64,000 nt of DNA from Wujia sp. Its GTDB lineage: Bacteria > Bacillota > Clostridia > Lachnospirales > Lachnospiraceae. Under the pieces are notes generated by a model. The model was not told the DNA's origin and did no database searches. It saw only the letters and a program-made list of their open reading frames with translations. The stretch lies in NCBI GenBank assembly GCA_045531735.1, contig JAZSEO010000008.1, positions 19,896 to 83,895 of the forward strand. Direction: 5' to 3'. The position numbers and the translations under genes are program-made. This document shows, piece by piece, positions 18,466-29,060 of this stretch (the first letter of the stretch is position 1; each line of letters begins with the position of its first letter).

Positions 18466-18936
18466 TTAGTTCTCTCCAAACTGATTCATAAGATTAATCA
18501 TTTCAATCGCACCAAGTGCACAGTCATAGCCCTTGTTTCCTGCCTTAGTTCCAGCCCTCTCAATAGCCTGCTCAATGTTTTCTGTTGTAACAATACCAAA
18601 CATCACTGGAATCTCTGTCTCCATAGAAACTGATGCTATACCTTTTGAAACCTCATTACAAACATAGTCATAATGACTTGTCGCACCTCTAATTACAGTT
18701 CCAAGACAGATAACCGCATCATACTTACCTGATTTTGCCATCTTCTTAGCCGCAAGCGGAATTTCAAATGCACCTGGTACCCATGCAAGAGTAATATTTT
18801 CCGGCTTAACATCATGTCTTAAAAGTGCATCTTCTGCACCTCCAATAAGCTTTGACACTATAAACTCATTAAATCTTGCTGCCACAATACCAATCTTAAT
18901 ATCCTTAGCTACCATTTTTCCTTCTAATACGTTCAT
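18466..18936 (-). CDS. ribH: 6,7-dimethyl-8-ribityllumazine synthase
   Basis: 156 aa with RFNEFI, VPGAFE and GTKAGNKG motifs. Confidence 0.95.
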   Translation of the reverse strand: MNVLEGKMVAKDIKIGIVAARFNEFIVSKLIGGAEDALLRHDVKPENITLAWVPGAFEIPLAAKKMAKSGKYDAVICLGTVIRGATSHYDYVCNEVSKGIASVSMETEIPVMFGIVTTENIEQAIERAGTKAGNKGYDCALGAIEMINLMNQFGEN

Positions 18937-18981
18937 TCTTATATCCTCCTAATATGTTTATTATAATGTATTATTTTTATT

Positions 18982-20181
18982 TTATAAATCTAAAATATGA
19001 CCCATTTTTTCTTTTTTGGTTCTTAAATAAAACTCATCAAATTTGCCTGGTTCCATCTGTATAGGAACTCTCTCTACAATTTCAAGATTATATCCCGCAA
19101 TACCATATACCTTAAGTGGATTATTCGTCATTAATCTAAGCTCTTTTATTCCTAAATCCACCAATATCTGAGTTCCTATAGTATAGTCTCGTGCATCCTC
19201 TGGAAAACCTAACTCGATATTTGCCTCAACGGTATCTCTTCCTCTATCTTGCAATTCATAAGCACGAATTTTATTAATTAGCCCTATACCGCGACCCTCC
19301 TGCCTCATGTAAAGCAACACGCCTCGTCCTTCTTTAGCAATCATCTTCATCGCTGCGTCATACTGCTGACCACAATCACATCTTGCAGAGCCTAAAGCAT
19401 CACCTGTAAGACATTCTGAATGAACTCGACAAAGAACAGGCTTACCATCTGTTATATCACCTTTTACTAAAGCTACATGGTGTTCTCCATTAAGCTTGTT
19501 AATATAACCATGTATCATAAACTCACCATATCTGGTCGGCATTTTTGCTTTAGCAACACATTCCACAAACACTTCATGTTCTTTTCTGTATTGTATAAGT
19601 TTTTCTACTGTAGAAATCTTAAGGTTATGTTTTTTTGCAAACTCGACAAGGTCATCCAATCTTGCCATATTGCCATCGTCCTTCATAATCTCACAACAAA
19701 GTCCTACAGGTTTTAAACCTGCAAGCTTCATAAGATCAACCGTAGCCTCGGTATGTCCTGGTCTTTCTATTACACCACCCGGTTTAGCCTCCAAAGGAAA
19801 CATATGTCCAGGACGTCTAAAATCCTCTGATTTTGCATTTTCATCAACAAACATTCTTGCTGTTATGCCTCTTTCGTATGCAGAAATTCCTGTTGTTGTG
19901 CTCACATGGTCAACTGACACAGAAAATGCTGTACAATGATTGTCTGTATTTGTTATACACATTTGCGGAAGATTAAGTTTCTCTGTATACTCAGGTGCCA
20001 TAGGCATACATATAAGTCCTTTTGCATAGCTTGCCATAAAATTGACATTTTCTGTAGTTGCAAACTCTGCAGCACAGATAACATCTCCCTCATTCTCTCT
20101 GTCCTCGTCATCCATAATAACAACTATTTTTCCTTGTTTTAAATCCTCAAGTATTTCTTCAATGGAATTTAACTCTATCAT
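18982..20181 (-). CDS. ribBA: bifunctional 3,4-dihydroxy-2-butanone-4-phosphate synthase / GTP cyclohydrolase II
   Basis: DEDRENEGD (DHBP synthase) plus the CRVHSEC...CDCG zinc motif (GCH II). Start MIELNS at 20181 behind GGGAGGAAG. The track's longer N-terminus would overlap ribE. Confidence 0.93.
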   Translation of the reverse strand: MIELNSIEEILEDLKQGKIVVIMDDEDRENEGDVICAAEFATTENVNFMASYAKGLICMPMAPEYTEKLNLPQMCITNTDNHCTAFSVSVDHVSTTTGISAYERGITARMFVDENAKSEDFRRPGHMFPLEAKPGGVIERPGHTEATVDLMKLAGLKPVGLCCEIMKDDGNMARLDDLVEFAKKHNLKISTVEKLIQYRKEHEVFVECVAKAKMPTRYGEFMIHGYINKLNGEHHVALVKGDITDGKPVLCRVHSECLTGDALGSARCDCGQQYDAAMKMIAKEGRGVLLYMRQEGRGIGLINKIRAYELQDRGRDTVEANIELGFPEDARDYTIGTQILVDLGIKELRLMTNNPLKVYGIAGYNLEIVERVPIQMEPGKFDEFYLRTKKEKMGHILDL

Positions 20182-20197
20182 CTTCTTCCTCCCTATA

Positions 20198-20854
20198 TCA
20201 CATAAATCCATTTTCCATAAGGAATTTGGCATCTATTCCAGATTTTATTTCACTCGGGCTCTCTTCTTTAAATCCGAGTAATTTTTCAACATATTTTCCT
20301 ATTACATCATTTTCAAGATTTACCATATCACCTATTTTTTTGCCAAGTAATGTTGTTTCACTTGCAGTATGAGGTATTATCGAAACCTTAAAGCATACAT
20401 CATCAACATATGCTACAGTAAGACTAATTCCGTCTATAGTTATCGAACCTTTCTCTATGATGTATTTCAATATTTTTGTATCTGCGGAAACAGTAACCCA
20501 AACAGCATTATCTTCTTTTTTGTAATCTTTTATTACTCCCGTTCCGTCAATGTGTCCCGACACAATATGTCCACCAAACCTTCCATTAGCTGCCATAGCA
20601 CGTTCAAGATTTACCTTGCTGCCTAACGATAACTTCCCTAACGCTGTTCGTCTCATACTCTCTGCCATCACATCAGCCGTAAATTCATCCTTGCTAATAC
20701 TAGTAGCAGTAAGACATACACCATTTACTGCAATGCTATCTCCTATCTTTGAGTCTGACGTTACAACCGGTCCACGAATTGTTAGCTGCGCCGATTTTGC
20801 ACCATGACGTATATTCTTTATTTCGCCTATCTCTTCAACAATACCTGTGAACAT
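20198..20854 (-). CDS. ribE: riboflavin synthase alpha subunit
   Basis: [11 protein letters not shown]-terminus and an internal duplication of the lumazine-binding motif ([12 protein letters not shown] / [11 protein letters not shown]). Confidence 0.95.
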   Translation of the reverse strand: MFTGIVEEIGEIKNIRHGAKSAQLTIRGPVVTSDSKIGDSIAVNGVCLTATSISKDEFTADVMAESMRRTALGKLSLGSKVNLERAMAANGRFGGHIVSGHIDGTGVIKDYKKEDNAVWVTVSADTKILKYIIEKGSITIDGISLTVAYVDDVCFKVSIIPHTASETTLLGKKIGDMVNLENDVIGKYVEKLLGFKEESPSEIKSGIDAKFLMENGFM

Positions 20855-20873
20855 CTTTCTATCCTTTCTAATA

Positions 20874-21965
20874 CTAAGCTTTCTTATATTTCAATAATAC
20901 ATCTTCCTCTATCGCTTCTATAGATGTAAGCTTAAATTTATGACTTAAATCAGGAGTTTTCACTCCCAAACCACCTACAGGTGTTGGTGCATCTTTACCT
21001 CCAAATATTTTGGGTGCAATATATACCTGAACCTCATTTACAATTCCAGCCGACAGTGCACTTTCATTAAGAGTACCTCCACCCTCTAACAAAATACTAT
21101 CTATGTTCATCTCTCCAAGCTTTTTCATAAGCTCGTTTAAATCAACATGCCCATCCAATGTATTAACCTGAATAATCTTAACGCCTAATGCTTCAAGCAT
21201 TTTTATTTTATCCACATCTGACTCTATACTTGTCGCAACTATTGTTGAAATATCCTTTGCCGTTTTAACAATATTACAATCCACAGATATTCTGAGTTTA
21301 GTGTCACAAATTATTCTTATAGGATTTCGACCATTTTCAAGTCTACAGGTAAGCATAGGATTATCTTCCAATACTGTTCCTATTCCAACCATAATACCTG
21401 TAAGCTTGTTTCTTGTTTCCTGAACTCTAACTCTGGACATTTCATTCGATATCCATTTGCTTTCTCCTGTATAGGTCGCTATTTTCCCATCCATAGTCAT
21501 GGCATACTTCATCACCACATATGGCAAGCCAGTGGTTATATAATGAAAGAATACATCATTCAAATCATCACATTCTGCCTTCATTATTTGCGTTTCAACC
21601 TCTACACCATGCTCTCTTAAATATTTTATCCCTTTTCCAGCCACCTTATCATGAGGGTCATCTGAGCCAACATAAACCTTTGAAATTTTGTTTTCAACGA
21701 TAGCCTCAACACATGGTGGTTGTTTACCATAGTGACAACAAGGTTCCAGAGTCACATACATTTCAGCTCCCAATGCATCCTCCTTAAGATTAGCAAAAGC
21801 AGCTCTTTCAGCATGAAGCTCGCCGTATTTTGCGTGATAGCCCTGTCCAATAATTCTATCATCCTTTACGATAACTGCACCAACAAGCGGATTTGGATTT
21901 ACTGCTCCTTCTCCTTTTTTTGCTAGCTCTATCGCAAGCTCCATGTATTTTTTATTGTAACTCAT
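20874..21965 (-). CDS. ribD: bifunctional diaminohydroxyphosphoribosylaminopyrimidine deaminase / 5-amino-6-(5-phosphoribosylamino)uracil reductase
   Basis: Deaminase zinc motifs HAE and PCxxxxxxPPC (TLEPCCHYGKQPPC) plus a C-terminal reductase domain. ATG at 21965 behind GGGGGTGA. Confidence 0.93.
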   Translation of the reverse strand: MSYNKKYMELAIELAKKGEGAVNPNPLVGAVIVKDDRIIGQGYHAKYGELHAERAAFANLKEDALGAEMYVTLEPCCHYGKQPPCVEAIVENKISKVYVGSDDPHDKVAGKGIKYLREHGVEVETQIMKAECDDLNDVFFHYITTGLPYVVMKYAMTMDGKIATYTGESKWISNEMSRVRVQETRNKLTGIMVGIGTVLEDNPMLTCRLENGRNPIRIICDTKLRISVDCNIVKTAKDISTIVATSIESDVDKIKMLEALGVKIIQVNTLDGHVDLNELMKKLGEMNIDSILLEGGGTLNESALSAGIVNEVQVYIAPKIFGGKDAPTPVGGLGVKTPDLSHKFKLTSIEAIEEDVLLKYKKA

Positions 21966-22000
21966 CAAATCACCCCCATTATAGCATCACTAAACAAAAT

Positions 22001-22026
22001 CAGGCACCCAAAATTCAGGGTGCCTG
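22001..22026 (-). terminator. expression-platform terminator of the FMN riboswitch
   Basis: On the reverse strand: CAGGCACCC-tgaatttt-GGGTGCCTG followed by AUUUUGUUU. It lies between the aptamer and the ribD start. Confidence 0.75.
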
Positions 22027-22072
22027 TGATAATACATTTATATGATTGCGAGCAAAATAAACTCCAATCCAT

Positions 22073-22194
22073 CACTTCTTTCATCCAGACTTTACTGTCG
22101 GCTTTGGAATCACACCAAATCATGCCTTTCGGCTCGCGGGCTCATGTCCTATGACATATACCGCCGGTCGGGAAACTAACCCTGCCCTGAAGTA
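22073..22194 (-). promoter_or_regulatory. FMN riboswitch (RFN element) aptamer
   Basis: The reverse strand reads UACUUCAGGGCAGGGUUAGUUUCCCGACCGGCGGU...AGUCUGGAUGAAAGAAGUG, matching conserved RFN blocks. P1 is UACUUC/GAAGUG. A -10-like TAAAAT (22206..22201) overlaps the stop codon of the upstream Sel1-repeat gene. Confidence 0.9.
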
Positions 22195-22203
22195 TATATA
22201 ATT

Positions 22204-24924
22204 TTAATCTAGCTTTCCAATAGAAAGGAAACCGTTCTCGTTTGAATGTAAAAGGAAAGATAAACCAATCTTCTTTTTAGCCTCTTCTGTAGCAATATAA
22301 ATCTCACCAGTCTCAACCAATGATTTAGCAATTTCAAGAACCTTATCCTTAAACAACAACATCTCTCGTCTATCTCTAGAGCTAAGCTTAAAGAGATACT
22401 GGTTTTTAGAACTGATAAGAAGAATACTATAAGAATGAACATTATTCTTAGTCTCCTTCATACCTGAACCAATCATACGAGAATTAGCGATAATAATTTC
22501 TGCGTTTTCGTCCGGAAGATACTCTGATAAAATAAGCTTATATATCTTAAGATAGCTCTCTTCCTCATCTGCACTTACAGGCATCTCGGCAACTGCAAAT
22601 TCAACAACCGAATCAGCAAACTTTATTGTACCACCTTCGTCGTTAATAACTGCTGTACATTCTTTAGGAACCGCAAGTCTAAAGAATTTGTTCTCAATAA
22701 CCTTTTGATTCTCATTTGGCTGTCTGAGAATAAGATCAATATATTTTTTCTCAAGCTTGTTCATCGCGATAATAGCTGAATCATCACCGGTCTCAGCAAT
22801 CTCTATAAGCTCATTATACAAATCATAAATCTGTGTCGTAATACCAGGCACAAGTTCTATAATCTTATCAATAGCTGGAACATATCCCATTTTTGCACTT
22901 TGGAGATATAAATCTACTTTTTCACTTAATACATCTGTTTTGCCAGCCTTATATTCAATAACCTTGTAAAGATTCTCTTTATCAAAATCTTCATAATGGT
23001 TATCATACGCTCTCTCAAAATATTTGATACTCTTTATCTCGCCTCTGTAATTTTCATCTGCCTCCTGAATCTGATAAATTTTACCTAATTCGTATGCAGC
23101 CTGATAACTACCTAAACCAAGAGCTTCAATGAAAGCTTTCTCAATCTCATATGAATTTGCAATAAAAAATACTTGGCTTTGCTTATATAAAGCAACCTTA
23201 AGAGCCGCTTTTCCGCTTCCTGCCTCAACAGCACGCTCCCATTTTTCAACTGATGCCTGAAGGTCCTCGTCCTTAAGTTCCTCAATATCTTTAATATATG
23301 CCTCGGCCTCAAGAATACCATTAGACTGAGCTTCTTTAAAATACTCAAGTGCCTTAACACCATCTCGCTTAGTTCTGAGTACGCCGTAGTAATAGAATCT
23401 TCCAAGATAGAAAGCAACTCTCTTATGTCCTAATCTATGTGCATGCTCATACCAGTTAAGAGCCTTCATGTAATCTTTCAACTGCTGGTCATATATATTA
23501 CCTAAAAGGAATGCTAAATCCGGGTCTTTTGTCGCATCAAATAACTGCTTAGCATAGCTTATAGTTTTTTCGATATCTTTATATGGTGAATCATCATCAA
23601 AATAAAGTTCTATAAGAAGATAGCTAGCTTTAATGCTACCAAGCTTAAGTGCTTGTTTTGCAGCAGCCATAGCACCCTCATAATCCTCAAGATAATAACA
23701 ATAAAGTGCCTCACTATAATACTGATTATCCTTACGGTTAAGACTCTGGTCACTTACAAGTGTAGGGTCTACAAACGCAAAAGAGTTAGCAGTTTCAAAA
23801 ATAATTTCTTCATACTGCTCAATAATTTCCATAGACGCACATACAAACTTCATACAAGCAAGTCTCTTACCCTGATAAAAGGCAAACGTAACTATACCTT
23901 TTTCCATCTCTTTGTGATAGAAAGTAGTACAAATACCATCTGCATACTCAGTAATATACGCCTTGAGCTGAAGCTCCTCTTCAAATGCGTCATTGCAATA
24001 TCTAAGATAATTTTCTAAAGTCTTTTTTGAATCTCTAGGAATACTATCATAAGATACATACATAGCAAAATCTTTGTATGTCAAACTAGGAGCATAATAT
24101 TCCTCATCAGTTGTCTCATTTATAGTTTTTACCCAATCCTTAGGTAATTTATGTATATAACCATCCACCTGATTATGTACATAAGTATACTGATACTGCA
24201 ATCTTGAGGCCTCTATCGCTTTGTATCTAGGCTCTTTGCCTTTAGCACGTCTTGCCTCTGCAATAGTTGTATATAATTTATCTTTTTCTTCGAATTCGAT
24301 ACTATCTGTATGTTTGCTTGCATATTCTACTCTGTCATAAGCAGCTTTTGCTTTCGTATCACCCATATCCGCAAGCTTCTTATACCACATCATTGCCTTG
24401 TCATAATCTACAGGCACAACAAAATCGCTCTTGTTACCATACTGGTCAATACGATTAAGACCATTTTCATATATGCTACCAAGATTCATGTAAGCGGCTT
24501 TGATACCACAATCAGTTGCTTTTTCAAAAAATGTAATAGCTTTTGAAAAATTCTGAATTTCAAGTAACATCTTAGCAAGTTTATAAATCATCTCACCGTC
24601 CTTGCTAAGATTAGTGTATTTTTCGTAATATTTTGTAGCTTTATTCATATCAACTGTAACAGTACAGTTGCTGTATTTTCCTGTTTCAAATAATTCCCCA
24701 AGTATTTTAAGAGCATCCATTCCAAAGTTCTTATAAGTTGGATCTACAATAGCAATGTCAGCTATTTTTTCAAATATTTCAACTGCCTCTTCGTCATTGC
24801 CATTTTCCATAAGATTAATAGCTTTGTCGTACTGAAGCTCTACATTACTTTTATTAGATTTCTTTTTACCACCTATAGCAGATAAAAACGGAATCTTACC
24901 TAAGAAATTGCTAAGCTTTCCCAT
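22204..24924 (-). CDS. large Sel1-like/TPR repeat protein
   Basis: Start MGKLSNF at 24924 behind AAAGGAGGA. Multiple Sel1-type units are present (AAYMNLGSIYENG, KAMMWYKKLADMGDTKA, ALNWYEHAHRLGHKRVAFYLGRFYYYG, ALEYFKEAQSNG). Non-repeat segments lie in the middle and at the C-terminus. Confidence 0.7.
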   Translation of the reverse strand: MGKLSNFLGKIPFLSAIGGKKKSNKSNVELQYDKAINLMENGNDEEAVEIFEKIADIAIVDPTYKNFGMDALKILGELFETGKYSNCTVTVDMNKATKYYEKYTNLSKDGEMIYKLAKMLLEIQNFSKAITFFEKATDCGIKAAYMNLGSIYENGLNRIDQYGNKSDFVVPVDYDKAMMWYKKLADMGDTKAKAAYDRVEYASKHTDSIEFEEKDKLYTTIAEARRAKGKEPRYKAIEASRLQYQYTYVHNQVDGYIHKLPKDWVKTINETTDEEYYAPSLTYKDFAMYVSYDSIPRDSKKTLENYLRYCNDAFEEELQLKAYITEYADGICTTFYHKEMEKGIVTFAFYQGKRLACMKFVCASMEIIEQYEEIIFETANSFAFVDPTLVSDQSLNRKDNQYYSEALYCYYLEDYEGAMAAAKQALKLGSIKASYLLIELYFDDDSPYKDIEKTISYAKQLFDATKDPDLAFLLGNIYDQQLKDYMKALNWYEHAHRLGHKRVAFYLGRFYYYGVLRTKRDGVKALEYFKEAQSNGILEAEAYIKDIEELKDEDLQASVEKWERAVEAGSGKAALKVALYKQSQVFFIANSYEIEKAFIEALGLGSYQAAYELGKIYQIQEADENYRGEIKSIKYFERAYDNHYEDFDKENLYKVIEYKAGKTDVLSEKVDLYLQSAKMGYVPAIDKIIELVPGITTQIYDLYNELIEIAETGDDSAIIAMNKLEKKYIDLILRQPNENQKVIENKFFRLAVPKECTAVINDEGGTIKFADSVVEFAVAEMPVSADEEESYLKIYKLILSEYLPDENAEIIIANSRMIGSGMKETKNNVHSYSILLISSKNQYLFKLSSRDRREMLLFKDKVLEIAKSLVETGEIYIATEEAKKKIGLSFLLHSNENGFLSIGKLD

Positions 24925-24997
24925 CAGATATCCTCCTTTGTAGCAATTCATACATAAAATATTTTATCATAAACAAATAACTTATGCAAGGAAGTTA

Positions 24998-25252
24998 CTA
25001 CTTTGATTCAATATAATTTGCCATCTCTTCTACAGCCGCTGCTGCATCTTCACCCTCTGCCTCAACAACCCATTCATCGCCATTGCCAAAGCCAAGACTC
25101 ATCATCCCCATAATACTCTTCGCATTAATTCTTTTTCCCTGTGAGATAATAAAAATTTTACTCTCATATTTGCTCGCAATCTGCACTAAGACAGCGACTG
25201 GTCTTGCCTCTGCATCTGCTGGTAAATTTACTATCACTTTCTTGTTAATCAT
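24998..25252 (-). CDS. HPr-like protein of the Crh type (His15 absent, Ser46 present)
   Basis: It aligns to HPr, but GIHARPA is replaced by ADAEARPVA (His15 to Glu). The KSIMGMMSLG motif with Ser46 is retained. Confidence 0.85.
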   Translation of the reverse strand: MINKKVIVNLPADAEARPVAVLVQIASKYESKIFIISQGKRINAKSIMGMMSLGFGNGDEWVVEAEGEDAAAAVEEMANYIESK

Positions 25253-25253
25253 T

Positions 25254-26111
25254 TTATATCCTCCTTAGCTCATTAGCTATTTCACTTATTTTTCTTAATC
25301 TATGATTCACACCTGATTTTCCCAGTGGAGGATTAAGTTTCTCCCCCAACTCTTTAAGAGGTGTTTCCGGCTCTTCAATTCTAAGCTCTGCTATTTTTCT
25401 AAGATTATCAGGCAAGAATTTCAGCCCTTTTGTTTGCTCAATATATTTTATATCTTCAATCTGTTTAACCGCAGCATTCACAGTTTTATTTATATTTGCA
25501 GTTTCACAGTTAACTCTTCTGTTTACGGAATTTCTCATATCCTTTAGTATACGTACATTTTCCATATTCATCAGAGAAATATGTGCACCCATTATATTTA
25601 ATGCATCGACTATCATTGAACCATCCTTAAGATACACAACATGATATTTTTTTCTTAGAATATATTTGGGTTCTAAACCAAAATCCTTTAATATATCAAT
25701 AAGAATATTTGCATGTTCGAGACAGTCACACACCATCTCAAAATGGTATCCTTTTTCTGGGTTTGTAACAGAACCAATTGCTAAAAAAGCACCTCTTAAA
25801 TATGCCTGTTTACAACATTTTCGTTCAATCAACAGCCTATCTGTTACAAACCTATAATCTTTTATTTTTATAAGCTTTAATGCTTTTTGTCCTGTATCGT
25901 TTGTTATGTCCAAATCCAAAGATTTTTCTATTTTTTCTATTTTAGTTTTTATTACATCCTGCTCTGCATCAAAGAAAATTTCATCGCCATTATATTTTGC
26001 TGAGATTGAAACCATAGCTCCAAGTTCTGCCATTTTACAATGTCGGGAACTGCTTATATGCTGCGCAAGTTCTTTTTTTACGTCTGAAGAAAACGACATG
26101 ACTTTACTCAC
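25254..26111 (-). CDS. whiA: DNA-binding protein WhiA
   Basis: MSFSSDVKKEL N-terminus, a LAGLIDADG-like middle (AYLRGAFLAIGS), and a C-terminal HTH (LGKSGVNHRLRKI). Confidence 0.9.
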   Translation of the reverse strand: MSKVMSFSSDVKKELAQHISSSRHCKMAELGAMVSISAKYNGDEIFFDAEQDVIKTKIEKIEKSLDLDITNDTGQKALKLIKIKDYRFVTDRLLIERKCCKQAYLRGAFLAIGSVTNPEKGYHFEMVCDCLEHANILIDILKDFGLEPKYILRKKYHVVYLKDGSMIVDALNIMGAHISLMNMENVRILKDMRNSVNRRVNCETANINKTVNAAVKQIEDIKYIEQTKGLKFLPDNLRKIAELRIEEPETPLKELGEKLNPPLGKSGVNHRLRKISEIANELRRI

Positions 26112-26979
26112 CTTTTACTATTCTATCCTTTGTTATATCCCTGTGGAAAAGTCTTACAGTATAAGGAAGCTCCTGAAATCTTTTATGCAACTCATTTGCA
26201 ACAGTAACAGAGCGATGCTTACCACCAGTACAACCTATGGATATAACCAACTGGTTTTTACCTTCTCTCTTATAATATGGCAACAAATAAACCAACATAT
26301 TATTTAAGCTTTCCATAAAAGTATTATATTCTTCACAATCACTTACCATATCAGCAACCGGCTTATCATTACCAGTAAGCGGTCTGAGTTCTAAATCATA
26401 ATATGGATTTGGCAAAAATCTCACATCGTATACTAAATCAGAATCCCTAGGTATACCATACTTGAAACCAAAAGACATAATAGTGATGATAATATTATTA
26501 TATTCTTCGCCACTTACAAATATTTTCTCTATTTCTCCTTTAAGCTCTCTTGTAAGCAGACTGCTTGTGTCAATTATATAGTCCGCTCTCTGCTTTAGGA
26601 ATTCTATTTTTGCTCGTTCTTTAGCAATGCCTTCATTAATTCGTCCATTCTTAGCTAAAGGGTGTTTTCTTCGAGTTTCTTTATATCTTTTCACAAGAGT
26701 AGGCTCATTGGCATCTAGAAATAAAATTTCATAATTGTAGCTACGATTTTTCAGATCCTCCAAACAAAGGGACAACTGACCTAACGCATCTCCACTTCTT
26801 ATATCCACACCTATAGCCACATTATCAACCTCAAGTTTATCATCATGTGCAATATCAGCGAATCTTGGAATAAGCATAACTGGGAGATTATCCACACAAA
26901 AGAAACCAATATCCTCAAGCATACGAAGTGCTGAAGATTTACCCGCTCCACTCATACCTGTAACAATCACGAATCTCAT
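26104..26979 (-). CDS. rapZ: RNase adapter / nucleotide-binding protein RapZ (YvcJ)
   Basis: VIVTGMSGAGKS P-loop, FCVDNLP, and C-terminal CTGGKHRS. Confidence 0.92.
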   Translation of the reverse strand: MRFVIVTGMSGAGKSSALRMLEDIGFFCVDNLPVMLIPRFADIAHDDKLEVDNVAIGVDIRSGDALGQLSLCLEDLKNRSYNYEILFLDANEPTLVKRYKETRRKHPLAKNGRINEGIAKERAKIEFLKQRADYIIDTSSLLTRELKGEIEKIFVSGEEYNNIIITIMSFGFKYGIPRDSDLVYDVRFLPNPYYDLELRPLTGNDKPVADMVSDCEEYNTFMESLNNMLVYLLPYYKREGKNQLVISIGCTGGKHRSVTVANELHKRFQELPYTVRLFHRDITKDRIVKGE

Positions 26980-27857
26980 AAAATAATTTTCACCTCCGGC
27001 TCAAGCCTAACCTCAAACTTTTCATACACAATGTCACTAACATTTTTCATGAGTTCCATAACATCTGCACAAGTTGCATTGTCATAGTTAATAACAAAGC
27101 CACAGTGCTTTTCAGAAATCATGGCTCCTCCAACCTTATAGCCTCTAAGACCACAATCATCTATAAGTTTACCTGCAAAATATCCTTGTGGTCTTTTAAA
27201 TGTAGAACCAGCACTAGGATATTCTAAAGGTTGTTTAGAAATTCTCGCCTCTTTTAACTCATCCATTTTGGATATTATCTCCGATTTATCACAGGTCTCA
27301 AGCTTTATTTGCGCTCCTAAGACAATTTTTTCATTATCTACTATACTGTGTCTGTATCCAAACTCCATAGCTTCACCAGAATAGCGTTTAATCTCACCAT
27401 TTGTCTCAAGTATATCAACAAAGCTTACGATATCCTTCATCTCACCACCATAAGCACCTGCGTTCATAACAATCGCCCCACCTAAGGTTCCAGGTATGCC
27501 AGCAGCAAATTCCATACCGCCAAGCCCATTATCTCTTGCTGTTGCTGCAATCTTTGATAACAATGCTCCCGACTGAGCATATATATTATTGTCCTCTACT
27601 TCTATTTTATTAAAATTGTTGTATATTTGAATTACTATTCCATCATAGCCTTCATCAGAAACAAGAACATTACTTCCATTTCCCAACACAATATATTTTT
27701 CATTATTACATTTACAATAATCTATAACCTGCTTTATCTCATCAGCATTTTTAGGCATAAAAATATACTTGGCAGGACCACCTATTCTAAATGTTGTATG
27801 CTTACTCAAAGGCTCATTTGTAATATAATTAATTTTCTGAAAAATACTAGAATTCAT
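26976..27857 (-). CDS. murB: UDP-N-acetylenolpyruvoylglucosamine reductase
   Basis: FAD-binding region TTFRIGGPA...LGNGSNVL and C-terminal GSTFKRP. Its start overlaps rapZ by 4 nt. Confidence 0.92.
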   Translation of the reverse strand: MNSSIFQKINYITNEPLSKHTTFRIGGPAKYIFMPKNADEIKQVIDYCKCNNEKYIVLGNGSNVLVSDEGYDGIVIQIYNNFNKIEVEDNNIYAQSGALLSKIAATARDNGLGGMEFAAGIPGTLGGAIVMNAGAYGGEMKDIVSFVDILETNGEIKRYSGEAMEFGYRHSIVDNEKIVLGAQIKLETCDKSEIISKMDELKEARISKQPLEYPSAGSTFKRPQGYFAGKLIDDCGLRGYKVGGAMISEKHCGFVINYDNATCADVMELMKNVSDIVYEKFEVRLEPEVKIIL

Positions 27858-27980
27858 TTTAATTTCCTTTTATTTTTTGATAAACTAAATATTTTTTATC
27901 TACAGAAACTTTCTTTCAAGAACAAAGAATGTGCAAAGCACATTATCCACGTGCAAGTGGTGTTGTAAAGCACTATAAAT

Positions 27981-28025
27981 AAAAAAACGAAACCTACCAC
28001 ATTGTAATCATACATGATAGGTTTC
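27981..28025 (-). terminator. intrinsic terminator after glcK
   Basis: On the reverse strand: GAAACCTA...TAGGTTTC stem followed by GTTTTTTT. Confidence 0.65.
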
Positions 28026-28093
28026 ATTTATTCAATGTTAAAAAATATACAATTTTCTTGTAATTACACTGATTTGTTCGTGGAAATTAACAA

Positions 28094-29035
28094 TTAGCTG
28101 TTGAGAATTGCACATGCTCCACCATACATACCTGCATCATTACCTAATGTAGCAAGAGCAAACTTAGTTTTCTTGCATGCATGGAAAGCATTCTCCTGAA
28201 AATATTTTGCAGTAGTATCTGTAATAATTTCTCCAGCTTTGGAAACTCCACCACCGATAACAAATACTTCTGGATCAACTGTAGCTGCAATAGTAGCAAG
28301 AGCTTTTCCAAGACATTTTCCATGATTTTCAACAAGCTGTGAAGCAAGTTCATCACCCTTTTTAGCTGCATCAAATACTTCTTTTGCAGAAACATACTGT
28401 ACGTTTCTGAGGCTCGATGGCTTATCTGAATTATTTAAAGCTATGTTAGCTGATCTTACTATACCGGTAGCAGATGTATACTGCTCAAGACAGCCTTTTC
28501 TTCCACATCCACATACCTCAGATTCCTCTGTGTTTACCTGAATATGACCGATTTCTCCACCAGCACCGTTAACGCCAGAAAGCATCTTACCGTCGATGAT
28601 AATTCCACCGCCAACTCCTGTTCCAAGAGTTACCATTACAATATCCTTGTAGCCTTTTCCGCCACCCTGCCACATCTCTCCAAGAGCAGCCATGTTAGCG
28701 TCGTTACCAGCTTTTACAGGAAGACCAATAATCTTCTCTAATTCTTCAGCTACATTAAATACGCCCCAGCCAAGATTAACGCATCTAAGTACTGTTCCAT
28801 CAGCCTTAACAGGTCCAGGTACTCCCATACCAATTCCTGCAACATCCTCTTTATCTATAAGCTTTTCTGCAAGCTTGTCTTCAATGGATTCTGCAATATC
28901 TCCTAAAATATACTTACCACCCTCATCAGTTCTAGTAGTAATCTCCCATTTCGAAAGGAGCTCACCTTCTACTGAAAATAAGCCTATTTTAACTGTTGTA
29001 CCTCCAATATCAACACCGAATACATACTTTGCCAT
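28094..29035 (-). CDS. glcK: ROK-family glucokinase
   Basis: N-terminal DIGGTT, ROK zinc motif CGCGRKGCLE, and GGG loops. Confidence 0.88.
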   Translation of the reverse strand: MAKYVFGVDIGGTTVKIGLFSVEGELLSKWEITTRTDEGGKYILGDIAESIEDKLAEKLIDKEDVAGIGMGVPGPVKADGTVLRCVNLGWGVFNVAEELEKIIGLPVKAGNDANMAALGEMWQGGGKGYKDIVMVTLGTGVGGGIIIDGKMLSGVNGAGGEIGHIQVNTEESEVCGCGRKGCLEQYTSATGIVRSANIALNNSDKPSSLRNVQYVSAKEVFDAAKKGDELASQLVENHGKCLGKALATIAATVDPEVFVIGGGVSKAGEIITDTTAKYFQENAFHACKKTKFALATLGNDAGMYGGACAILNS

Positions 29036-29060
29036 CTCTTTATATCCTCCGTCCTTAATA

